A stretch of DNA of 64,000 nt from Candidatus Falkowbacteria bacterium (GTDB lineage Bacteria > Patescibacteriota > Patescibacteriia > Patescibacteriales > GWE2-39-37). Of the stretch, positions 38,879-47,100 are shown piece after piece (positions within the stretch are counted from its first letter, which is position 1; each line of letters opens with the position of its first letter). A program made the translations under genes and the position numbers. The stretch lies in contig JAAXUA010000003.1 of assembly GCA_013336275.1 (NCBI GenBank), forward strand, positions 130,698 to 194,697, read 5' to 3'. The notes below the pieces were generated by a model. It worked only from the letters and a program-made list of their open reading frames with translations. It made no database searches and was not told the DNA's origin.

Positions 38879-40165
38879 ATGAAAATCGAACGCAAGGATT
38901 TAGAGAAGGGACAGATCGAATTATTGATCGAAGTTCCGGCTGAAGAGGTTAAGAAATATCTTTCTCGCGCTGTCGAAAAGCTGTCGAACGAGGTTAAGAT
39001 CGAGGGTTTCCGTCCAGGCAAAGCTTCTTTCGAGGCGATGAAATTGAAAATCGGCGAACTGCCGATTTATGAAGAGGCCGCCCGCTTCGTGATCAATAAG
39101 ACCCTGGGCAAAGTGCTTGAAGATGAGGTTAAGGAAACCATAATCGGCCAACCTGAGGTTAATATCACAAAATTGGCGCCAGACAACCCGCTTGAATACA
39201 AGGTTATTGTCACCAAACTGCCCGAAGTTACACTGGGCCAGTATAAGGATTTGGAAATGAAGCAGGACAAGGTCAAGGTTGATGATGAAGACGTAGCCAA
39301 GCTGCTCTCCGAGCTCAGAGAGATGCGAGTGAAGGAAGTTATCAGCGAAGAGGCGGTCGGAGAGAATGACAAGATCGTGGTTGACATTAATATGTCCATC
39401 GACAACGTCCCGGTTGAAGGCGGTCAAGCCAAGGACACCGCCGTTGTTATGGGTAAGGGCTATGTCGTTCCGGGTTTCGATAAGCAACTGATCGGCGCCA
39501 AGAAGGGTGATGAGCGCGCCTTCGCTCTGCACTTCCCGGAGAACCATCATCAGAAGAATCTTGCTGGCAAGATGGTTGATTTCGCAGTAAAGATCAAGGA
39601 CGTGTACAAGCGCGAATTGCCCGAGCTGGATGACCAGTTCGCTGTCGGTTTCGGCTCCCGCACAGTCGAGTTGCTGAAAGAAGACATCAAGAAATCAATT
39701 GAGAAGGAAAAGGAACAGCAGGCCGGTCAGAAGATCGAGATTGAATTATTGAACAAGCTGATCGAAACTAGCAAGTTCGGCGATATTCCGGAGCAGATGG
39801 TCGAGCGCGAAACGCACACCATGATGCACGAGCTTGAGCATGATGTCGAGCATCAAGGAGCTAATTTTGATGACTATCTGTCTAGCCTGAAAAAGAGTCG
39901 CGCACAAATCATGCTGGATATGACACCCGACGCCGTGAAACGAGTCAAATCGTCTTTGATTATCCGTCAGATTGCCATCGACGAGAAGGTTACTGTCGAG
40001 AAGGAAGAGATTGAAGAAGAGATCCGTCATATCCTGAGCCATTATCCGAACAACCCTGAAGTGGCCGAGCGTATCAACTCACATGATTATTACCATTATC
40101 TGGAAAATTCGATGACCAATCGAAAAGTCATAAAGAAGTTGCACGATTGGAACGTTAAGAAATAA
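38879..40165 (+). CDS. tig: Trigger factor
   Basis: IEGFRPGKA ribosome-binding signature; FKBP domain (PGFD.QLIG...FP......LAGK). Confidence 0.96.
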   Translation: MKIERKDLEKGQIELLIEVPAEEVKKYLSRAVEKLSNEVKIEGFRPGKASFEAMKLKIGELPIYEEAARFVINKTLGKVLEDEVKETIIGQPEVNITKLAPDNPLEYKVIVTKLPEVTLGQYKDLEMKQDKVKVDDEDVAKLLSELREMRVKEVISEEAVGENDKIVVDINMSIDNVPVEGGQAKDTAVVMGKGYVVPGFDKQLIGAKKGDERAFALHFPENHHQKNLAGKMVDFAVKIKDVYKRELPELDDQFAVGFGSRTVELLKEDIKKSIEKEKEQQAGQKIEIELLNKLIETSKFGDIPEQMVERETHTMMHELEHDVEHQGANFDDYLSSLKKSRAQIMLDMTPDAVKRVKSSLIIRQIAIDEKVTVEKEEIEEEIRHILSHYPNNPEVAERINSHDYYHYLENSMTNRKVIKKLHDWNVKK

Positions 40166-40216
40166 GCAAATTCAATAAAAAAACATCCCCCCACCATGGA
40201 GGATGTTTTTTTATTG

Positions 40217-40299
40217 TGCCGCGGGAGGGACTCGAACCCTCACGAGATTGCTCTCAGCAGATTTTAAGTCTGCCGCGTATACCATTCCGCCACCACGGC
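40217..40299 (-). tRNA. tRNA-Leu(TAA)
   Basis: Reverse complement GCCGTGGTGGCGGAATGGTATACGCGGCAGACTTAAAATCTGC, long variable arm, GGTTCGAGTCCCTCCCGCGGCA. Confidence 0.93.
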
Positions 40300-40344
40300 T
40301 TGCGATGGAAAATGCCAAAGCTCCGAAACCGGAGCTTAGTGCTG

Positions 40345-40721
40345 TGGAGATGAGGAGAGTTGAACTCCTGTCTAATGAAGTTTTTAAAAACAGTTTACAA
40401 GCCGTAGCTACTTTATTTGTCTAGCTGTAATCATCAAAAGTGGCAAAAGCGATTACAGCGATCCCTGAAATTTCGGACAAACGACCAGGGCCTTCGATTG
40501 CCTATCTCTGAAGAATAACACCCGGATCGCGAGACCAGAGACTACCCGCGGCGGATGGTTGCGGCTATTAAGCGGCAACAGGTGCAAAGGCAGGTACCTT
40601 CCAGGTAAAGCCTTTGGCTAAAGTGTTTTTGGCACTTATGAATTTGAACCAGTTTTAGGCGATGATTCAGCGCCGGCTTGAGTGTTTTCAAAGTTCTTCA
40701 CTATCGATGCCCGTCATCCCC
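40345..40721 (-). ncRNA. ssrA: tmRNA; tag reading frame (A)KNTLAKGFTWKVPAFAPVAA**
   Basis: 5' GGGGATGA and 3' GGAGTTCAACTCTCCTCATCTCCA tRNA-Ala-like ends; resume context ATAAGT-GCC; tag ends AA-TAA-TAG; immediately downstream of smpB. Confidence 0.92.
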
Positions 40722-40738
40722 ATGATAGTGTCTAGATA

Positions 40739-41206
40739 CTATTGGAGACGGTGCTTGGTCAAGGTTTTTAGGGTGCGGTCAGATTCCCGTTTCTTGATTA
40801 CTTCCCGTTTATCGTATTTCTTACGACCCTTGCCGATGCCGAACTCTAGCTTAAGTAAGCTGCGTTTAGTATAGATTTTAATCGGAACCAGTGTCAAGCC
40901 TTGTTCCTGCTTCTTGCCGATCAGATAGTTGATCTCTTTCTTTTTCAAAAGCAGCTTGCGTGAACGGTAGGGATCGTAGCCATCAACTTTGCTGGCGTGC
41001 TTGTAAACCGGAATATGAGCATTAATCAGATAGAGTTCAGGCAATTTCGGCCCGCTGGCTTTGACTGTGACGAACGCGCCTTTTAGGCTAACATGACCGG
41101 TTTTTACTGATTTAACCTCTTGGCCAGACAAAACCAGCCCAGCCTCGTAGGTTTGGTTGATGTCGTAGTCGAATTTGGCGCGTTTGTTGTAGGCTAAAGT
41201 TGGCAT
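40739..41206 (-). CDS. smpB: SsrA-binding protein SmpB
   Basis: NKRAKFDY, EAGLVL.GQEVKS, R.RKLLL, GLTLVP and GKGRKKYDKRE. Confidence 0.97.
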   Translation of the reverse strand: MPTLAYNKRAKFDYDINQTYEAGLVLSGQEVKSVKTGHVSLKGAFVTVKASGPKLPELYLINAHIPVYKHASKVDGYDPYRSRKLLLKKKEINYLIGKKQEQGLTLVPIKIYTKRSLLKLEFGIGKGRKKYDKREVIKKRESDRTLKTLTKHRLQ

Positions 41207-41355
41207 ATAATTGCTTAATTCTAGTATAATTCCAGACTATTTACAACCTCTTGCCAAAAATAATAAAATTATCTATACTAACCTTTAGTAAAAAGCTCGA
41301 ACAAAGCTTTTTCTATTTTTCCACAATTAGTATCAAGCAGTCTTAAAGGCAGAGA

Positions 41356-41427
41356 GCGGGTATCGTATAATGGCTATTACATTACCTTGCCATGGTAGAG
41401 ATGGGGGTTCGATTCCCCCTACCCGCT
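41356..41427 (+). tRNA. tRNA-Gly(GCC), intact copy
   Basis: GCGGGTATCGTATAATGGCTATTACATTACCTTGCCATGGTAGAGATGGGGGTTCGATTCCCCCTACCCGCT. Confidence 0.92.
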
Positions 41428-41450
41428 CCCTGCTTTTAAATTTCTCAAAG

Positions 41451-41542
41451 AGGGGTATCGCCTGCCTGCCGGCAGGCAGGTATAATGGCTATTACATTAC
41501 CTTGCCATGGTAGAGATGGGGGTTCGATTCCCCCTACCCGCT
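41451..41542 (+). pseudogene. Tandem duplicate of tRNA-Gly(GCC) with a damaged acceptor stem and a 20-bp palindrome in the D-stem
   Basis: Identical to 41356-41427 except for the 5' end (AGAGGGG versus AGAGCGGG) and the insertion at 41461-41480. Confidence 0.85.
41461..41480. repeat. 20-bp perfect palindrome CCTGCCTGCCGGCAGGCAGG (copy 1)
   Basis: Read directly; an identical copy lies at 53934-53953. Confidence 0.95.
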
Positions 41543-41736
41543 CAAGAAGCAAAAACAGTCCTAATAGGGCTGTTTTTTGCAGTTTTGGCTGATTTTAGTA
41601 TTGACTAATAATAAAAATCATGCTTTAGTATATGATTGCCGTTTTTTGGCAAATGTTCTTAAAAACAACAAATAACTATGGTGCAGATGAGCTGCAACAT
41701 ATCACAACGCCCAAGAGGCAACGAAAGGAGAAAGTG

Positions 41737-43005
41737 ATGCAAAAATGCAACTGTAGGCTGGGAGGGAAGGATTTGACGAGCGCGGTGTTGACGTATAACC
41801 AGTTTTTTGACGACTTGAAGAAGTGCTTCGTCGGACGGGATCGGGTGATAGATAATCTCCGATTTGCCATGGTGCAGAAACAGCACCTCCTGACCTTCGG
41901 ACCTCCGGGAACCTCCAAAACCGCCATCTTCGACGTCCTGTACAGCGGTTTGACCGAGGCGAACGGCTTCCATGCCGAGCTGTCGATGTTCATGACCGAG
42001 GACGCGCTTTTCGGACCCTACAACCCCAAGAAGATGAGGGAAGAAGGCGTATTGGAGCACAACGTTTCCGGCATGCTGCCGGAAGCGAACGTGGCGCGCC
42101 TCGGAGAATTCCTGGACGCCAACATGCCGCTGCTCAGGTCGACCTTGTCGGCCTTGAACGAACGGCGCATGGTGCGGGGAAGGCAGAATCTGAGCATCCC
42201 GCTCATTACAGCCTACTGTGATACCAACACCAACCCCGGGACTTTCCTGGAACGCCACCCCGAAGCCTGGGCAGTGCTCGACCGTTTCCTTTTCATGGCC
42301 TACGTCGACTACCTGTCTGACCCCGCAGAAATCACCGAGATGCTGCTTCGCTTCCAGGGAGGCAACGTCACCAACCTGTCCGGACGGCTTTCGATCAATC
42401 TGATCAACGAACTGTCGCGCCTGACGCTTGAGCCGCCATCGATCATCAAGAGCGAATTGATTTTCAGGAAGCTGGCTCAGGGTATGCAGGAATACCGCAT
42501 CCAACGACGCGCCGCCATCAGCGGCGATAAGCTCCCGGGAATAATCCTTCCGGAGATTTCTGATCGGCGGCTTTGCTGGGCCTCACAGGTTGCCGAAGTA
42601 AACGCCATCTTGAACGGCCGCGAGGAAGTCGTAGCCGAAGATATCGTGGCCCTGAAACAGGTGCTCGGTACCACCGCTGCTGAAGAAGAGATGTGGGTAA
42701 AAATCGCTGCCAAGATCATCGAAGAGGTGAAGGAAGAGCAGAAGATGCAGCTTGACCACGCGCAGTACATCGCCCTTGAAGGCCTGATCAAAGAGCTCGA
42801 CCAGATCGACCCGTCGGCAGCTGCTGACATCACGGCGCTGAAGCAGCTTGGCGAGAATCTCATGTCCCTGAAAAGGCAAGTTGAGATCATCGTTCCGGAA
42901 AACGACCAGGTAGCTTCGCTTTCAAAAAGGGCCTCCGGCATAATCACTGACAAGACTTCAGCTATCAGGGGACACGCAGCGACATTTGCCGGCATGACCA
43001 ACTAA
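41737..43005 (+). CDS. MoxR/RavA-like AAA+ ATPase with a non-canonical Walker B
   Basis: H.L..GPPGTSKT, LFGP, LPEANVARLGEF (RavA has LPEA.I.FLDEI), LNER, A.LDRF and ISDRR; SD AAAGGAG. Confidence 0.85.
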   Translation: MQKCNCRLGGKDLTSAVLTYNQFFDDLKKCFVGRDRVIDNLRFAMVQKQHLLTFGPPGTSKTAIFDVLYSGLTEANGFHAELSMFMTEDALFGPYNPKKMREEGVLEHNVSGMLPEANVARLGEFLDANMPLLRSTLSALNERRMVRGRQNLSIPLITAYCDTNTNPGTFLERHPEAWAVLDRFLFMAYVDYLSDPAEITEMLLRFQGGNVTNLSGRLSINLINELSRLTLEPPSIIKSELIFRKLAQGMQEYRIQRRAAISGDKLPGIILPEISDRRLCWASQVAEVNAILNGREEVVAEDIVALKQVLGTTAAEEEMWVKIAAKIIEEVKEEQKMQLDHAQYIALEGLIKELDQIDPSAAADITALKQLGENLMSLKRQVEIIVPENDQVASLSKRASGIITDKTSAIRGHAATFAGMTN

Positions 43006-43013
43006 CCCAGGAG

Positions 43014-43976
43014 GTGATCGCTTTGCTTTTACCATTATTAGCAGGCGCCGCAGCTGTTGCAGCGGCCGCAGCATTGGCCTGGTATCTCTGGAAGAAAATC
43101 AGGAATAGCCAGGAAGAACAGCAGCAAGAACAGAGCGGTTTTCCCGGGAATCAAGGAGAAGGAGGAGGATCGAGAGGCGACAATCAGCAATCAGGACCGA
43201 GCCAGGAAGAACGTGAACGGCGCGCTCGCGAAGACATGGCGCGCAAGAACGAACTGTTGCGCTCGATAGTCAAGTCGATCGAGTTTTCGACCCGCGAAGT
43301 GGTTTCTGATATCCAGCTGCCCGGGACTTTACCCAGGCAATCGATCGTGCCGACCTCGAATTACAATGTCAGGCCGATCAAAGGTGCGGGCGAGTTCTCT
43401 TCGATACTCCCGTCGGCCCACATGCTTGATGATGAACAGTTTTATGGCCGCCTTTCCGCCAACAACTTGCTGGTGTCAGAATATCACGAGTATTACGGCA
43501 GCGGACGTCGCGTCCTTTTCGCCGCTTTCGACGGATCGGGCAGTATGGAGAAATACGGGCGCGCCCAGTGGGCCATCGGCCTTTGCGAGGCGATAATCGA
43601 TCGTTGTATCGAGCAGCAGGCCGAGCTCTACCTCTTGGTATATTCCGGAGTAATCAAGGGCGTGTATCACGTTTTTGACCGCAAGTCGGCCGAGGCGGTG
43701 AAGAGGAAGCTTAGGGAAATTCTCAGCCCCGAGGGAGGTACCGATATCAACCTGGCGCTCGACACCATCTTCGATATGATCAAGTCGGGCAAGTTCGACG
43801 AGGCCCGCGCCCTGCTGGTGACCGACGGAACAGAATCGGTCGATGAGGAACACATCTTGCAACGGCGCAAAACTGAGAAGGTCTTCCTTCATACGGTCAG
43901 CATCGCCGGGGAAAGGGATGATCTGCGCCGGGTTTCCAGCCGCTTCGACCAGTTGGCCATGTTCTCCGGCTCATAG
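43014..43976 (+). CDS. Membrane-anchored VWA protein (ViaA-like partner); true start possibly TTG at 43023
   Basis: MIDAS FDGSGSM, GGTD and VTDG; N-terminal TM plus Gln/Gly linker; 8 bp after the AAA gene. Confidence 0.85.
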   Translation: MIALLLPLLAGAAAVAAAAALAWYLWKKIRNSQEEQQQEQSGFPGNQGEGGGSRGDNQQSGPSQEERERRAREDMARKNELLRSIVKSIEFSTREVVSDIQLPGTLPRQSIVPTSNYNVRPIKGAGEFSSILPSAHMLDDEQFYGRLSANNLLVSEYHEYYGSGRRVLFAAFDGSGSMEKYGRAQWAIGLCEAIIDRCIEQQAELYLLVYSGVIKGVYHVFDRKSAEAVKRKLREILSPEGGTDINLALDTIFDMIKSGKFDEARALLVTDGTESVDEEHILQRRKTEKVFLHTVSIAGERDDLRRVSSRFDQLAMFSGS

Positions 43977-43999
43977 TTATTGAAACCAAGCACATTCAC

Positions 44000-44029
44000 C
44001 CCCGCTCTCACAAGGAGCGGGGCTTTTTT
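44000..44029 (+). terminator. Intrinsic terminator after the VWA gene
   Basis: CCCCGCTC...GAGCGGGG-CTTTTTT. Confidence 0.7.
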
Positions 44030-44115
44030 ATCCCTCATTTCCTCATTGATACTTAATCGAAATGATTATATAGTGAAAGTACTTAGGTTAGTAGTTTTTT
44101 AATAAAACAAAAGAT

Positions 44116-47100
44116 ATGTTTCTAAAAGACCAAGAAGTACAACAGGTTTCGGGGGTGACACCGCAAGAAAGCGTTGCCAAGACCCCTAATTTTAAAAAAA
44201 TCATCGTTGCAGCGCTCGCGTGTCTGGTTGTTGCCGGCGCCGGATTGGCGGCCTTCAGTTTTTTGAGTTCGCAAAATGACGCGACTGGAAAGCTCAAGCT
44301 GTCATTGTCGGTTAAAGGGGCTGACCTTAACGGCATTGAAAAGGGCGCGGCCTTTATCCTGTCTTCAAACAAGAAATTATCCGCAGGAGAAATCGAAAAG
44401 AATTTGAAATTCGACCCGCAGGTAAAATTCGAAGCAAAAGAAAAGAAGTCTTTGCTTACGTCATTGGTGAATAGCGTTCTGGCTGCCAGCCAAGGCGGCG
44501 CATTCAATAATGAGTATGAGCTTACGCCCAAGGAAGAATTATCGGATGGGGTGATATATAAGATTCAGACCGCCACCGGCACCGAGATGCAGCTTGATCA
44601 TGATTATTCTTGGGCCTTCAATGTCAAAGAGGATTTCGATATCGATGAATCATTGCCGAACAATGAGGCGACCGGGGTGCCGGTCAACACGGGAATCGAG
44701 GTGACGATGAACCGGTTGGATATCGGTAGTGACGCCGGAAAATATTTCGCCATCGAGCCGAGCATCAAGGGTCGATTCGAGGTTGGAATAAACAAGATCA
44801 CTTTCGTGCCCGAGGGCGACTTGAAAGAAAAAACGTTGTACAAGGTCACGATAAAGAAGGGCTATCAGGCTGGCGAGAAAAATGAAGAGCTCATGGAGGA
44901 TAAGTCATTTTCTTTTGAGACCGCCACTGGCGATTCTGGCGCATACGCGCCGAGTATGTCATGGGGCAATGATTATTTTGAACTATCGACTGATAAGGAA
45001 GGATTTTTGGAGGCAAGCGGCGACGCCACCACATCGGAGGCAGTGTTTAGCCGATACGCCGATACAGCAGGATTTTTAAAAGATTTTTATGATTATCGCG
45101 ACCGCATGTATGGCTGGTCGAACTTCAATAAGGAGCCCTTCAAGCCTGGCTCCGGAGTGCAAGAGGTCGCCAAGTTCAGGCCGGAGTTGCTGAAGCGCGC
45201 TGAGGGTGACAGCTATGGATTGATCAAGCTGCCACGTAAATTGGACGCCGGTTTTTATGTGGCCAAGCTGTCAGTCGGAGATGATACGGATTACGCTTTC
45301 ATCAGGGTTTCTCCATTGGCGTACTATTATTCGGAAATCAACGGTGATGGTCTCATTTGGGCATATGATTTTGCCAATAAAAAACCTTTTGCCAGCGTCA
45401 GGGTGAGTTTGCTTGATAAGGCAGGAACCGAGAAGCAGCTGGGGCAGACTGATAATGACGGCCTGCTAAAGTTTGATTCCAGCTCGGATAAGGATGATAA
45501 TTCCGGCACGACCTTGCTCTTCAAGGGGGAAGGTGTTGGCGAAACAGTTGCTCCCGATGCCGGGCGCATCATGCAGAAGCGTCGCAACTATTTTCAGGGT
45601 TATCTTAATACTGATCGTTACGCATATCGCCTGACGGACACGGTTCATTTTTGGGGAGTGGTCAAAGGCAGGAGCTTCGACTTGAGGCAGAAGAAAGTCA
45701 AAGTCCGTTTGGATGACTATATTGAAAAAGAGGTCATGGTTTCGCCATTCGACACGATCGAGGGGCAGCTTGATTTCGCCGGACTTCCTTCGGGGTACCA
45801 CAATCTTGTTGTCAGCTATGACGACGAGACGATTACCCAATCCGGAATCGAGGTCTTTTCTTTTGAAAAGCCGCTTTACAAGATAGAGGTTGTGCCAGAA
45901 AAGAGCTTTTCTGTGACGGATGTCCCGGTTAAGGCCAAAGTGAAGGTTAATTTTTTCGATGGCACACCGGTCAAAAACATGGATTTGAATTATTCCATTT
46001 ATTGGCGCGGTGATAATAATGGAACCGTCAGGACCAATGATCAAGGAGAAGCCGAACTCTCCTACACCCCCGGTTATTATTTTGAAGAGACTAGCGACCA
46101 ATATTCCGATTCTTGGACGACTTATCCCAACAGTCTGAGATTCTCGGTCAAGCCGCAATTGCCGGAGGAGGGCGAGATTTGGGGAGAGGCTTATGTCAGT
46201 ATTTATGCCCCCAAGGTCTATCTGCAATCCGAGGCTTCAGAAAAAGGCAACGCCTTGGTGTTCAAGAGCAAGGCTAACGACCTGGAGCTGGCAACGAGCT
46301 CTGAGGAAAACATGATCGGCAGGCCGGCCGTCGGAATCAAGGTTTTGGCCAAAGTTGTCCGGTATTATTATGAAGAAAGACCAGACGGGGAATATTATGA
46401 CCCGATCGAGAAAGTTAAAATCAAGAAGTTTGTTTATGAATTAAAGAAGGAGACAGTCAAGGAGGCCGAGGGCACGAGCGATCAGAAGGGCGAGTGGTCG
46501 GTGGAGGTAGACAAGAAAGAAATAAAGAAATTCGGCTACCTTAAAACCATCTTTTCGACCCAGGATAGCAACGGTAAAAAAGTGATGAGCTCCGCCCAGT
46601 CTTATAACTACTATCCGAACGATAACAGCGCATTGAATCTGGAAAATGCCGACCTCGAAAAGACCCCAGGCATTTCCTACAAAATCGGTGATAAGGTTAA
46701 TTTGCGGGTGGTCATGACTGGCACCAAAAAGCCGGTCGATGACCGGACTTTAATTATCAGCTTCCAGGAACGGTTGCGAGACGCGAAGCTGGTCAGCAAG
46801 CCGGAATTCAGCGAGGATTTTTCCGCGGAGCACCTACCTTCAATGACGTATATGGCCGTCAAGATGATGCCGAGCGGCTTCATTGAAAGTTATTATATTA
46901 CGGCGTCGTATAAGGACGAGGAGAATAAGCTGTCTGTCGAAATCGCACCCAACAAGGAAAGGTACAAGCCCCGCGAAGACATCAATCTTGATATCACGAT
47001 AAAGAATAAATCAGACCAAGGCGTCAAGGCAGTGGCCAACGTTGCGGCCGTCGATGAATCGCTATTCAGTGTGACGCCTTGGGGCTATGGCGGAGAGATT

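Noticed and set aside
41451..41542. Second tRNA-Gly copy as the att site of an integrated element
   Set aside because: The copies are only ~23 bp apart and nearly full length, and there is no integrase in the window.
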